64,000 nt of DNA, taken from assembly GCA_011109175.1 (NCBI GenBank), contig RDEW01000012.1:330762-394761 (forward strand). Direction: 5' to 3'. This DNA comes from Dicyema japonicum. Taxonomy: Eukaryota; Animalia; Dicyemida. Every line of letters begins with the position of its first letter. Positions within the stretch are counted from its first letter, which is position 1. The notes beneath the pieces are model-generated. The model worked only from the letters and a program-made list of their open reading frames with translations, searched no databases and was not told where the DNA came from. This document shows positions 50,190 to 64,000 of the stretch, in pieces. Both the position numbers and the translations under genes were made by a program.

Positions 50190-52420
50190 GGGGACTTTAT
50201 TTGTCCTCAGCTTTAACAACCCAGAAGATGCTAGTTTATTTGAAATGGATAATTCAAAACTGCCTTTTGGATAATGGAGACAAACTTGCTCAAATTAAGT
50301 TGTCACCTTCGGAAATTATATTAAAAAATCTTCCAACCGGGGTAGAACTTGAGGATGAATACCTAAATACTATTATATCTTCAAAATTAGAAGATTTGAA
50401 AAGCGCAGAGAGATTACCTCTGGAAAAACTAATAATACAAAACCGTGGATAAGCTCAGTCTTTAATTAGAATTGGTTTTAAAATTGGTCTCAAAAGGTAC
50501 AGGTGAATGGTTTAGAAAGCCAAACGTTCAATGCTTTTGCTGCCAGCTGTTCGGTCATATTGTGCGTCTTTGCAAAAATGTTGAAAGATGCTTGATTTGT
50601 TCAGGAAACCACAGTGTCAATTGACTTTAATAACGGTAAAAATTGCATAAATTGTGGATCAACTAACCACATGGCTAACTACGGAGGTTGCTCTGTGCAA
50701 AAGCTAATAAATCAAGATTGTTACCTCAAAATAAATCTCGCAATGAAAGTGTTGCTAAAGGAAGTAATTTTGCCAGGAAGATCGGAGGCAGTAAAGATCC
50801 GACCAAGCTAACTCGGACAGGATGGAATTTTATCACTCCAAGAAATACAACCTCTGATATTGGAGTGCATAAAGGTGGACCACCAGTGTCTTCTGTTGAT
50901 AATGTGTCCCAAACACAATCGGTAAGTCCATCAGCGAATCCAAAAGATCCGAATGAACGGGAAGAGCCAACAGTAGACAGAAATGTTTAGGAAGAGGAAC
51001 GTTATTGACAAAAATATTAAAAACATGACAAGAACGAAGAAGGATGCCAAGTTTTTACTTGGCCTTGTGGCGCTCCTAAGAAGAGAGGACAGCGACGAAA
51101 TTACCTTGGTTAATTCCTGCTCTCTTGAGAAGCGGTCTGCAGAGCTAGCCTTACCAGCGCTGTTGAGATGGATGTATTAATTATTAATGAAACAAAGATG
51201 AAAAAACCTGGAATTATTAATATAATTCGGGTTATAATTTGATTGATATTCCATGGCGTCCCGGTGCTGGTACACGAACCTCTATTTTCTACAAAAAGAG
51301 AATTAAAACTCGATTTCCAAGAATCATAGAAAAAATATAAAAACATATTGCATATGGTTGTGTGAAAACTAATTCTGACGGCAAATGTTTATTGGAAATA
51401 ATGGAATCAGAAAATTTATAAGTTTTCATGTCTAAAGAACTTAATCATTTCCAACAGCGGTGTGCTGATAGATTGGGTATTTTCGTAATGCAAGAAAACC
51501 TCGCTTTGTTGAGCGGATTGCCCTATGTCGAAAATAATATAGGGTGATAACTTACCTCAAACTTTGGAGCTGCGAACTGGACCCGTTTTTAAAGAAATAT
51601 TTCTTATAATATCAACATAATTGATTGGACTCATTTTAATTCTTGTATTTCTATCAAGTTGGATAATATTCGAAAAATTTTAAATTAAGTGGATATCGAT
51701 AGTTTGGATGTAAATGAAGAAATGTTATTTTAAACTATCTTGATTATTATGGAAGGAGATTTGTTTCTCTCCATATAAATAAATGAATGTGGAGCAATGT
51801 TGTTTGCTTCGTGAAATGAGAAATAATTGAAACGAGATCCACAAGATTCTAACCATATCAAAGAGAGGATCAAGTCTATAACGAGAGTATTGATGGATGT
51901 ATCAAAAAGTATTCAAGAAGATAGATGGAGGAGAGAATGTTCCAAACTCTATCGTAATAATTCTAAATTTTGGAAATTTTTTTCGAAAATTTTTGGATAG
52001 GAAAGGTAAAAAAATAAATCTCAAGTCTCCTGACAGCTCTCGGATCCCGAAAGAAAAAGTTCCAGATGTCTTAGGACAACAACTTTTAGAGGTACAGAAT
52101 TGGATCCTTTGTTAATCATTCCCCGAGGCATTCAAACTTGTTTTCTTATAGAGAAGCCATCCTCGCTTGTGGAAAGGCCTTTGTGTGAACGATTTCTAAA
52201 GAGGAGATAATTCTTGCTATTAATGGATGCAAAAATAAAGCTCCGGGGCGGGATTTTGTCCCCCTAACTGTCTTCAAAAATGCTGGAATGCCATTATTGA
52301 AGACGTTATAAACTTAATTTAATTCTTTATGGTGTTCTGGACATGTTCCTCTATAAATTATATCAAAAAAAGAAGGAAAAAAGCTACAGCGATGATAAAA
52401 TCGCTTCTACGATTTCAATT
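50190..52420 (+). mobile_element. Degenerate I/Jockey-like LINE with gag-like CCHC ORF1 and APE-RT start
   Basis: CCQLFGH....C, CLICSGNH, CINCGS.NH.A.Y.GC, then LVNS.SL, INETK and APG.D. Confidence 0.75.
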
Positions 52421-52824
52421 GGCAAGTTGTTTCTAGCACTTAAAAATTTTTTAGCGCTAAAAATCACAAATTCTAGCACTTAAAATGATAAAATCTAGCA
52501 TTCAAATTTTATTTATTGTAATATAATAAAATGTAATGCTTGATGTTGTCTGGATTCTCATGCTAATCGACATTAATGTCCAAATTATGGGTCTGGAATA
52601 TAAATGGACAGTATAAAATGTCATTTATATCAATGACATGCATATAAATGTATCTTAATTTTGTACAAGTCCCGTTATAAACCTATTTTTAATGGTTTTA
52701 AAGACTTCTGGAAAATAAGATACGTAACCTTATTTTTGAAAATTATTGATTAATTATCGTATTGTCTATTAAATTAATAAATTATTAATCAGACAATAAG
52801 TAAAAGTAATTCCTTTATAACGCC

Positions 52825-53345
52825 CGTCTAACTCAATCTTCTCTTTTTGGGGCCAACCCATATTGCCTTTATGGGCGTGTTCACGTCTCTGCATACATCA
52901 CATTCAGAGACTACCCTAGGTTGACATTCCATGCCATCTTCCGCATCAACAGACATCGATACTCCATGCCTCTCCTCAGCTTGCACACTCTCCAATGTCT
53001 TCGGTAAAACTAGCGTCTGTATATAAGTTTTAACTCTCTCCTCCACTTTGAGGGCATCCGGATGGCCTTTGAAGAATTTTGAGACAATTCCATCCCACCA
53101 CAGGGATTATTTTCACCTTTGCGCGATGGATAATCTCAAGTTCGTTCGCCAGTAGGTCATACTTGTAGGAACTTTTCTACCTGCTTGAGGAAGTTTTGTG
53201 AAGTGATCCCAATTTCAACAAATGTAATCCTATTTTTGTCTTATCATAAACGAAAATGTCGGGTTTGTTATTCGTAACAGCCGTATCCGTACAGATAGTC
53301 GTGTCTACACGAATCTCCACAAATTCATTTGCGAGAACAGATTAG
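52825..53345 (-). mobile_element. R4/Dong-like RLE endonuclease 3' fragment
   Basis: EIRVDT.I.TD....NNKPDIFVYD...FVEIGITS...KYDLLANEL; related to 38040-38720. Confidence 0.8.
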
Positions 53346-53594
53346 GAAACTAATGTGATGGGGACTGTATCGTTACTAAATTGGATAGTGGATAGAAATA
53401 TTCATCCATACAAGCAACTGAGCTCAATGGAAACCGTAAGACCTTGTCTCGACCCACGTGGTGTGACTTTTCTAGTGCAACTAAAGTGAAGAGGATGGAA
53501 AAAATCTCCACAAAGACACGTTATATCAGCCGAACATTTATAGGTAGTAGAGATATAAAAAATGACCTCAAAAACAAGTTTAAATAATGAAAAG

Positions 53595-54585
53595 TCATCT
53601 CCATTTAACCCCTCGGATTCCATGTAGCTGTCTCTTAAGAGACTGAGAATCTGCCCAATTGGAATTCAAATATTCATCCTCCTTAGACTCCTCCAACTTC
53701 TACAAATAGTTAATTCAGACAATAACCTTCATCTCCTCCTGTTTTCTATAATAATACGCCATCATTTCCTTCTGCTCTCGTTCGGAGACTACAGGTTCTC
53801 TTGCGGGAGGTCCTTGCCCCTTCTGCAGAAATTACAAAAACACGACTTTCTGTATTTTCACTATTATTTTCGTTTTTTCATTTCTTCCAATATAGTCCTT
53901 CAACTTTTTCCCGCGCTGTAACTCCTTTGAAACCCACCAAAGGCTGGCCACATTCTCGTTTATAACATCAGCTCCTGCCTGAGTCCCCTCCAAGTCCTCG
54001 TTATTATTGAATTCCATGCATATTGGGTCGTGAGGAGGTAAGTCCATTGGATATACAATCATTGAAGCCCCACGTAGTAAGGATAGAGCTTCCTGTATTT
54101 TGGTCTCCGTTAGTGGAATGTTCATGACCACCAATTTCTATCGATTATTAGTCATCTTTACATTCGATATTGATTCTTTGGCCTCCTCCGCTGTTCTCCT
54201 TAACAGGTTACCCATTTCATCGTTGGGTGCTTAAATTAAGACAGATAAATTACCTCTGCCGTTTCTTCTTCCAATCGGATCCCTGTTTATGACACTTCCA
54301 CCTTGTGGGAAACAACTGTCCTCGTATGGATCCTTTAGTTTAAGTTCACTGATCTGTTCGTCAGTTAGTCCTATCATATTTTGTGGTAAATAAGTTCCAT
54401 GGCTGGCCAGATCAATTATTTCTAGAATATGCGTTACGTTTATAACCTGAGGATATTCTGTGTACTTTTAATCTTCCATTGTAAATAATGGATAATCGGG
54501 ATATCAGTGAATCAGTGGTGTCTTCAACAGAGCATTGAAATTGAAATTGTTCCTGGTCTCCCTTCTTCAATGTGATAACAACCAT
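53595..54585 (-). CDS. CFAP298: Cilia- and flagella-associated protein 298 (C21orf59/kurly), intact
   Basis: Introns at 54422-54446, 54230-54253, 54138-54161, 53823-53846 and 53700-53726. Splicing gives MVVITLKKGD...YNGRLKV...GLTDEQI.ELKL.D...DPIGRRNG.AP...RGA.MIVYPM.LPPHDPI...G.NEKTKIIVK...PAREP...YYRKQEE...WAD...LKR..HG...VKWR*. Confidence 0.95.
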
Positions 54586-54699
54586 GGTTACAGTTTATGA
54601 TTTTATTCACATTTTATTGTTTATTATCATTTTTCTATTAATTTTAATAATAACGAATTTATTAATAAATATAACAATCAGCTAAATCTTAACGTATGA

Positions 54700-54875
54700 T
54701 GACATCGGATCTGAAGGTCCTGGGTTCAAATACGAAAGATGGAGGTTTCAGCGAAGGTCAATTCTTGTCAAACAGATCCCACCCATGAGGCGACGAGTCC
54801 TTCTGGCACGACACAGTTGTTGGAAGAGGGCGGATCTACTTTCCCACCTCTCTTTGGAAGCCTGTAATGAAGTAT
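54700..54875 (+). mobile_element. tRNA-headed SINE-like repeat (family B) with structured core
   Basis: B-box-like ctgaaggtcctgggttcaaat. 54747-54819 matches 5792-5864 at 57/73 positions with no gaps. Confidence 0.55.
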
Positions 54876-55669
54876 GGAAGATGGATTTGGTCGACACAAG
54901 CAGATTTCTCCTTTTGGTTCCTTCCTTGGATTAGTTATGACTGTTTATGCTAAGCTTACAATGGTAAGTTTCAATCACTTGCTTACCGGGAGGGATTTCT
55001 TCTGTTCTGTACCTTCAATTTAGATCTCGTCAGCACCAAATAGAGTACCGCAGGATTCTCCACTATTTCCAGCATTATTTAACCTAAAGATCCTAATGGG
55101 CTTGACATATGCACATGGAACCGTTACCCCTGCAAAGGATAGATTCAAAAATATAGCAAATGCTACTAACTTGGTGGAAGCATAACATATTCTTTGATTA
55201 GTCACCCCACTTTATTACACCATAATAACCTCTAAATGTTCCACGTAGCACGAAATAATTTTCACTCAAATGAGCGTCTTCTTTGGTTGAAAACGTTTAA
55301 AAACATAATTCAAAATAATGTCAGAGATAATCTTCAGTCACTTCGAGTATGGCGAGAATTGAATTTAGAATGTTCTTCACCAGATAATTCCTTAAACGAT
55401 AGATCCCTGGTCGATAAGTTGTGTTTGTCATACAGAGACATTGTGGAATAGATGTGATTTGCCATTATTTGTAAAATAGACTCATGCGGATATCGTGAGA
55501 CAATCTCTAATGTGCCGCCTAATACAAATTTGAATTTATTTAAATTTTTGGGTTTAATATTGGATAATATTTATTAATTCTTTAATAACGTGCTTATTTT
55601 AATGAGTAAATCAGTTCGTCGTTCGTATATAGATTATTGTCATTTGAATTTACATGCAATGATAAAAAA

Positions 55670-56500
55670 AACTACCTCAATGCTTAATTTGCATGGAAGT
55701 TTTGGAAAATGATGCTATGGTTCCTAACAAACTAAATAGACATTGTACTTTTAAGCATCCGGACTATTCCAAAAAATTTGTGGATTATTTTATGCATTTG
55801 AAGAAACCATAAAGTATTATTTAATTTTTGCTATGTATTGTAGATCCAGTCAAATGTTGTTTAGTGATACTCTTGTGAGCTCTACGGAATCATTGAAATG
55901 TTCATATTTCTGAATTGATAGCAAAAGAACTGAAACCTATACCATTGGCGAACTTTTCTACCTGCCAAAACTTGATAACCATTGGCGAAAACTTGATAAT
56001 CTCTGCTTGTCGCATTGCTCGGACTATGTTTGGTCATAAATAATGAAGATACCATTGTCAGAAACATTGTTTCTCTTCGGTTCTTTGTGGGAGTATATTG
56101 AACACAATGTATTATTTTCTATTAAGGAAGCTCGTTTTTCATTACAATTTGATGAATCCACGCATATCGGGTATTGCCTATTTGTTATATATACGAGTTG
56201 TCTATTTTGGGAAATTACAATACTTGTTCTGTAAGCCTCTTTTAACTACTACTCGAGCAATTGACATGATATTGAATGATTACTTCAATAATATTACATT
56301 TGCCAATTGAATTGGTATACAGGTGGAGCCCCGTCTATGTCTGCTCGTTTTAATGGAATTGTTTCATTATTTAAATATAAAAATAATGAGATAGTATTAT
56401 CAATTTGTTTTTTTCACCGGAAATATGAAATAAATTTGAAAAATATTGATGCAGTAATGCTAGTGGATATTAATGATATTGCAAAAGTAATAATTATTTC
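55670..56500 (+). mobile_element. Buster-type hAT transposase relic
   Basis: NDAMVPNKLNRH..KHP, IPLS, FSLQFDEST, FCKPL, T.GAPSM, CFFHR. Confidence 0.75.
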
Positions 56501-56611
56501 ATTATGTCACAGCCGCTACGCGTTACACTAGTGGACTTAGAAAAAAATCAAAAAAATTTTTTTTGATTTAATTTATCAAATTAATATATATAATTTGACC
56601 AAACTAAAGCT

Positions 56612-57392
56612 GAATTAATAAAAAAACAACAAGTCATTGAATAGGTACCAGTCCGCCGGTTGGCCTGGACTGTTCATCCGGGTACCATTTATCCTTGATA
56701 TCCATCCAATTACTAATTTATCTCCAGAACGTTGTAGTACAAAGCCAGTACGCCTATCTCCAGTTAGTTCTCCCTTTGTAGGTCCTTTCCCCAGTATGTT
56801 ATTCCACGGTGGTCCCAAACCGTCCTGCAGGGACCGATGATGTGGTTAACAAAGTCCCGTGTAGATCCCAATTCTAATGTAGGAAATAAATGGTGTGGGT
56901 ACCCCCTGTAAGTCCCAAATCCAGTATGACATCCACAGTATTCTCAGGTCCTGTAGGGATCAATGGCCTGGATAACAAAGTCCCGTGTAGACCCGGATAT
57001 GAATGTAAGGATCAATTGATGTGGGTACTAGGTCCAACTTGGAAAATATCCGGAGTTTGACCCTTGGCTGCTGCGTCCCCCAATAGGTTCCTTCGTTTTT
57101 GTAGAATATGTCTATTCGGCCCGTAGCATGTTTCTCAACCTTGTAATATATTCCTTCGTCATGTAGAATAGGTTCATTCGACTTGTAATACGTTTCTTCG
57201 CCTTGAGGAGACTCCCTTGCAGTCCAATAAGTTCCTTCGTCTTTTAATATGGCCCTTGTAATGTGGATCTTCGCTTTAAAACTCCTTCGACTTGAGAACA
57301 TGAAGAGAACATGAAAGTAGCACCAGTGGCACCACCTCCACATCTCCCCAAAATTGTTGTAAATTTAATTAATGGTCGGTTGATAACAAAAA
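56612..57392 (-). other. Orphan, internally repetitive coding-like segment between 14-bp direct repeats
   Basis: accaaactaaagct at 56598-56611 and 57393-57406. Four E(G/E)(T/I)Y(W/Y) motifs spaced at multiples of 3, and a duplication with a 126-bp period. Confidence 0.5.
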
Positions 57393-57406
57393 ACCAAACT
57401 AAAGCT

Positions 57407-60118
57407 ACAACAATAACAACAACGATTTATTGACAAAAGAGTTAAGGAGATTTCTGGAGGGTATTACATCTGAGTCCTACCATAAGGCTTGGACTCCACA
57501 CCTGGACCCTTCCTCCTTTTTTTTTATTATTAATCTCTTTCAGGACGTTTCTCCCATTTATATACGTGTCCTGGACCTTTGATCTCCTCCTGAAACCATT
57601 GCGATCCTCCACAATCTTGCTAATCGGTTAAGAGCTTGTTTTCGTCCTCGCTTAGACAGTCTTTCAGTTTCTTTTTAAGGAGAGCTTAATTGCAGCTCTT
57701 CTAGTCTTCTCTAGGAGGGATAAGATCTTCGGAGAGAAGAACCACCCCTCGCACCCATAAAGTAGGCTAGGGAGAATAACTCCCTTGAAGATAAACAGGT
57801 AAGTGTCACGGCTAACGTGTAACTTCCGTGTACATAGGAGCGACTGAAAGGCTCTCTTTCTCCTCCCCTTTATGTCGTCCATGTAATCTCCTGCGTGTCC
57901 ATAGTCGACCCCCAGGTAGCGCAGACTGTGTGAATTGTTTACTCCCAGTGTGTATTCTTGTTTCAGGTGCTTTTTCAAACTGCTTATTCGGAGTGCGCAA
58001 GATTTTTCAGCAGAGAGCTTTAGCCCTCTCAAGTTGCACCAATGCTCAATCTGGTCGACATACTCCCGGATTCTTCCTTCAGATATAGAAGATTTTAGAG
58101 ATGTGTCCACCACGATTACGTCATCCGCATAAATAAGAAGACTAGTATTAATATTCTTCGGACGTGGAAAACTCGCCATAAATATATTAAACAAAATAGG
58201 GCTCAATACTGAACCTTGAGGTACTCCTCTTTTGAATGATATTGCATCAGATATATATCCACACACCTTCACAAAAGATTGTCTTTCCTGAAGATAATTT
58301 CTTAGCCAAACAAATAGGTATCTTGGAACACATGCTGATACAAGCTGCTTTAACAACGCTTCATGGCATACACTGTCGAATGCTTTCGAGATATCAAGAC
58401 ATAATAAGTTTATTTGTCTCTTGGAATCCTTTGCTTTCATGATTTCAGAATTCAGTAGAAAGAAACAGTCTGCACAGCCTCTTCCGGGACGAAAACCCCA
58501 CTGCTCCGGAATCAGAAAGTCGTTTTCTTCTATATGTCTGCTTAGCCTTTTGAAAATGATACGTTCAATCACTTTCGCGAAAGAACATATTAAGCTAATT
58601 GGTCTGTAGCTTGCCGGATCACTCTTTGGCTTCCCTGGTTTTGGAATCATCCTCACAACAGCTTTCTTCCATATTAAAGGCAAGTGGCCAAGTCGCAAAC
58701 ACCCATCATAAAGACATCGCAGATAGTCAAACAAAATATCCGGACCCTCTTTGATAAGTTTCATTGATATGTGGTCATATCCTGGAGCATTGACCTTGCA
58801 TTCCCTGATAGCTGTCATCACTTCAAAGATGCTGACAGTGCTATCAGCAATAGGTAGTTCCTCGTCGGAGTGTTCAAATATATCGGCAGACACTTTCTTT
58901 TTGTCATCAGGGATCAAACTCCACGGATCCACACCCTGAATTTTTTGGAGCTGATCCCTGAATATCGAAGGTGTTTCCTCCGTTATGCATACTCCCCCGT
59001 CTGGTTTATCCAGTATAATTTTTTCTGCACCCGACTTCGGACACATTATCTTCTGATAGCATTTCCAAAAAGAGGGATTCTTCATATCAATTTTTGCAGC
59101 CTCAGCCCTCCATATACGGTCAGTCTCCTCCTTCCATATATTGCTGATTGCTTCCTTCATCATCCTGATTCTGGCTGATATGAAATCCCCGTCTATTTTG
59201 TCAGCACAACGTCTTTGCTTTGCCCTTAGCCGATTCCTCTCCCGAATAAGCCTCATAATAATTGGCGACACAAAATAATGATTTTTTTGAGAAAACCCTT
59301 CGTGAATACAGATGAAGATATGACTGCAGTAGATTTGTTAATTCTCTACTTCCAGCATTGATACCTTCTATGGTTGAAAACTTTCTCGGTAGAACACACA
59401 AATTATTGAATATGAAGAACCTATAGTGGGTCCAATCCAAGTTAGACATGTTGAACCTCAAGATGACATCTTCCATAACATCTGGTCTCAAATAACTAAT
59501 TCTTGTGGAATATGGTCACTCCCGATATCCCATAGAGTTTTTGGCTTTCCCACATACACAGATAGAGCTGGCAATACTAGGAATACGCCGAGTTTGTCGC
59601 CACCATGATAAGAAAAATGATTTGGGTCATCCGACGTAAGGATCACAAAGCCACATGAATCAGACAATAATTATAAACGTCGTTCATCCTGATTTGTCTT
59701 GCTACAACCATAACTATTGTTCTTCGAATTAAGATCCCAATTAAGATAGTATAGGGATTCTTGTTGTAGAACTCAGTGATATCTGTAGAACAAGTCTCAA
59801 GATTCTTGGACACAATACATCACAAACGACTTTTGGATTACGAATTCGAGGCAGTCCCGGTAGAAAATAGACGTTCCCGTACCAGCAACTGCTCCAGCCT
59901 TCCATAAAATGTCCACAGAATTGTATCCAGTCATTATATTACTCTTCGCTTTCTTTAATTTCGTCTCATTGACCACCAAGATGTCGATCTTGGAGGCCCT
60001 CGCAAGTAGTGCTAGTTCATTATGCCTTTTCCCAAGGGATTGGGCATTCACTAGCACTATTTTTAGTCCTTGCTTCAAACATTTAGGTGACCTTGCTTCT
60101 TCAAAACCAAGGTCGGTT
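57407..60118 (-). mobile_element. I/Jockey-like LINE ORF2 (APE + 535-aa RT ORF), young copy
   Basis: VNAQSL, VNETK, WDLN, SDH; an uninterrupted RT ORF at 57664-59271 with YADD; (GTT)n tail. Confidence 0.95.
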
Positions 60119-61612
60119 TTGAAAAATGTTATAAAAAAATGTTATAAACTTACAGCTAAGCAACGATACAGTTACTCACAGAATTGAGAGAATATCTGAC
60201 GATATTCAATGCCAACTACTAACTGAATCCAACTTTTTCGTACACTATTCTATTGCTCTTGACATCACTAAAGATATTAGTGATACAGAACAAATAGCTG
60301 TTTTTTATATGAGCCTGACTTCAAAATTTATGAAGAATTTCTCACGCTACGTAACCTTCATGGTTCTACTAAAGGAGCTGATATATTCCGTGAATTTCGT
60401 GATTGCCTTGAAATGGCACATTTGGATCTTTCAAAAATGTTTTCAATTGCCACAGATGGATGTCCTTCTATGGTTGGATGGAAAACTGGGTTTCAAGGTC
60501 TCGTAGCTGGATGGCGAGTTGAGTCTTGTGATTTGACATCACTGCATACTACATCAAGAAAATTTAGCTGCAAAATCTATGAAAATGGACCATGTAACAG
60601 AAACGGTCATTTCAATCGTAAATTTTATTCGCTCTCGTTAAATCACCGCAATTTTAAGAAATTTCTCGAGGATGTTGATGCTGAGTATGGAGATTTGCAT
60701 ACAACCGTACGATGGTTGAGTCGGGCAGCATGTCTAAAAAGGTTGTATAAATTTTAAATAAATCGCATTTATGACCTTCTCCCGGAGATTATAAATTTTA
60801 TTGACAATAGATATTCTATCTTCAGCTTACTGATGAGGAGTGGATTGCGGACTCATCATTTATGTTTGATATTTCTACACACCTTTCGACTTTGAATACT
60901 TCTTTGCAGGGTAAGAACAAACTATGTCATGAATTATACGGACTGGTTTCTGCATTTATCGAAAAACTACACTTTTTCAAAATACAAATTGCAAGTAGAG
61001 TTACCATTCATTTTCCAATACTTTCAAACCACAGGGAAGATGGATCATATGAAAAATATACCTCTGTTATTAGTGACTTAATCGACAAATTCGAAACACG
61101 TTTTAATGATTTTAAAGAAGCTCTATCTATTATGAAAATATTTTCGTCACCTATGGAAACAGATGCTGCAACCGCTCCATATGTATATCAGCTGGAGCTA
61201 ATTGAAATGCAGGCAGATTTACAACTTACCGCGCTATTTAAGTCAAGTGAACTATTGGATTTTTGGAGTCGAATTCCACAATGGAAATATCCGAACTTGG
61301 TCATAATGCTCAAAAAAATGCATCAGTCTTCGGATCAACGTATGCATGTGAAGCTCAGTAAACTTACGCGAATAAAAAGTAAGTATTGATTGACTGATGA
61401 ACACTTAATTCAACTTTTACAGACATCGTCTTCGAAATTTACTCCTCGTTTCGATAAAATAGTAGACGCCAAGCAAAATCAAGTCTCATATTGATTCTCT
61501 TATTACGTAATAAAGCCTTTTTTCTTTAATCAAATGAAATATTTTTGTGCGGCCCGCAAAGATACTCTTTATTATCGATTTGGCCATTGAGTAAAAAGGT
61601 TGAGAACCCCTG
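60119..61612 (+). mobile_element. hAT transposon, 5'-truncated second copy of 25445-27542
   Basis: Near-identical to 26040-27542 and ends in TIR gttgagaacccctg. Confidence 0.95.
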
Positions 61613-62039
61613 ATCTAGATAGTAAGAATATTTTTATGAAATTTTAGAATTCGTTTTTTTTCACACACAACATAATTTATTCGCAAAACCCCAACTAATT
61701 AAACAAGGTAAGAGCCATTAACTAAAGAGGAAAGCCAAGATTTGGGGTCGTCTATATCGGGGCACTCTCATGAGACACCGTATGTCTCTTCTCCGTAAAA
61801 AGCACCAATTACAATGCGAGTTTCCACAAGCAATGTAATAAATCACCGATTCTTCTCGTTTTTCTTTCGTATTCGTCATCAATTTCAGATGCTAAATCCA
61901 ATCCATGTTGGCGACTCCGCACTTTTATTTATAGCTGGTGATATGGATTACTTGAGGGATTTGGCTCAGGATCGTGGAAAGTGGAGAAAATTAACTAAAA
62001 GATTAATGTTTGGTACTGCACTGGTTTTGTCATTTCCAA

Positions 62040-64000
62040 TGGCAAGACGTTGTGCTTTATAATATAATAAATCCAATCCATGTGCGAGTTTAATTGCATA
62101 CCTTCTTGTCTTTTCTAATTTAGTTAGTAGGACTGATTCCTCCTCTGTTTTAAACCAACCTTGATATCCATATATTAGGAAAGGCTCAATACACGTTTTG
62201 TAGACAAACATAAAAGTATTTGGAGACAAATGAAAGCGGAGTAGGGACTTGAGCATTCCCGTAGCTTTCTCTCTTCGTATTTTGATGTTCTCTTTAAACG
62301 ATCCTTTTTTGTTAATGCATACTCCAAGGTATATCAGGTTTTCCGAGAATTTAACATTCCCTGTATCAACATATTGATTCCTCCTATTTCTCGCTATCCA
62401 GGTTACAGAACTTTTTTCTCTTGATAATGTCAATCCATTATTCTGACACCAATCTTCGATTTTCGACATATGAGTTACTGTTCTTTTCCATGATATTGAT
62501 TTATTCATATTAATGTTCAAAATTAGAATGTCGTCTGCATAAATTATCATTTTGGTATTGATGTGTTCCGGTTTTGGCACCTCGCTCATTATACAGTTGA
62601 AGAGGAGAGGACTCAAAATTGAACCTTGTGGAACACCTCTACTTAGTTTTATCTTTTTAGAGAGCATATTTCCCACACGAATATAAGACTCTCTTCCCAT
62701 AAGGAAATCTCTAATCCACATGAGCGCCGACTTTCCAATGTTCGCCTTTGACAATGTCTCGAGAAGTCCTTCATGCCAGACACTGTCAAAAGCCTTGGAT
62801 ATGTCCAAACACGTTGCAGTAAGGTATTCTTTCTTACTTATTGAATTGACTTCCTAAGTTCCCGATGCAGTCTTCAGTTCCTCTATTTTTACGGAACCCC
62901 CACTGATTGTTTGCAAGAAAATTGTTTTCCTCAACCACTTTTGATAATCTATTGAAGACAATTTTCTCCATAATTTTTGAAATTGAACAACTAAGACTAA
63001 TTGGTCTATAATTTTCTAGATTAGATCTTGATTTTCCTTTCTTTCCAATCATCCGAACAATCGACTTTTTCCAGGTCGATGGAACGTGAGCAAGTTTCCA
63101 CGAGGCATTATAAAGCATGATTAATGCATCAATTAACATAGCATTTGCATTCTTGAATATTTTCATTGGGATAAAATCCCATCCAGGGGTTTTGTTCTTG
63201 CAGCTACAAATCGCAATTTTTACTTCTTCAGGGGAAATAGGAGTACACATAGGACCCTTCATTGACACCATCCTATCATAGTGATGATTATTGCTTCGAA
63301 ATTCATATGGAATAATGGAAGCAGGATCTACTTCTTGAATTTTTGCTAACTGTTGCCGTAGAATTTCTGGGATTCCCCATTTGAAATACAACAACCATTG
63401 GATGATTTTAGGTGTATTTCATCACATTTATCATCAGAGGATTTCAATCTCGCGAATACTTTCCAAAAGTCTGCATTCTTGTGATTGATCTTTGAGCATT
63501 CTCTTCTTCATTTATTTTCCTGTTTTCGTTTGGATATTTCCATTAATTCATTTTCACTAAGCTGATCTGAACCTTTAGCTTTTCCGAGTCGGGAATGTTC
63601 CAACATCTATTCAGTTTACTTTCAAGTGATTTTTTCTCTAGATGGAGGAAATCTTTTTTTAAGCTCATTGATAAGCATCCATGCGGCATACGGAATTTTT
63701 TATTTCCATATTCGTCCAAATAACACAATATCAAAGTCCTAATTTTGTCATCCAAGTAATCAATATCTGAGGAGTCCAAGATCAATAGATCACAGATATT
63801 TCCCAGTTTCACGCGTATAAAATAATCGAAATCAACCCAGTTGACATGATTAAGGTTGTAGCCAACAAAAGTTCTTTCAGCAGATATAGGCCCCGTCCTT
63901 ATTTCCAAAGTTTGTGGAAGATGGTCGCTTCCAATATCTTGCTCCACATATTGGTGCTCACAAATTTTGCTCAGATTCTGAGGCATCACAAAAACTCCGA
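62040..64000 (-). mobile_element. I/Jockey-like LINE (APE end + RT), diverged relative of 57407-60118; runs off the window
   Basis: GSDHLP, YRPISL, QWGFR, DISKAFDSV, GVPQGSILSP, YADD. Confidence 0.93.

Noticed and set aside
52430-52505. ttctagcacttaaaa short repeats as a regulatory array
   Set aside because: Most likely DNA-transposon subterminal repeats; no partner end was found.

Overview
AT-rich eukaryotic nuclear DNA from an animal (it carries a nuclear receptor) whose genes are split by tiny 21-29 nt GT-AG introns. Such introns are known from dicyemid mesozoans, so that origin is my inference. About 70% of the window is decayed mobile DNA: Vingi/Ingi-like APE-RT LINEs (two with 2A-like peptides), RTE-like LINEs, I/Jockey-like LINEs, CRE-like and R4-like RLE retroelements, Buster-type hAT transposons, an integrase relic, tRNA-derived SINEs and a MITE. 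Splicing by hand recovers six host genes that the ORF track largely misses: a tailless/NR2E-like receptor, NDUFB1-like, LAS1L, an annexin A7/A11-like gene, CFAP298 and a Cordon-bleu/RBD-type ubiquitin-like-domain gene. The most notable observations are: both long CRE copies have twin-priming-type 5' inversions; decayed fragments resemble Mononegavirales L protein; a repeated 73-bp motif may form a covarying pseudoknot; there is a tandem family of an unidentified ORF; and an orphan repeat-coding segment lies between 14-bp direct repeats. All family assignments come from motif recognition by eye, and no searches were run. Boundaries of degenerate elements are approximate.
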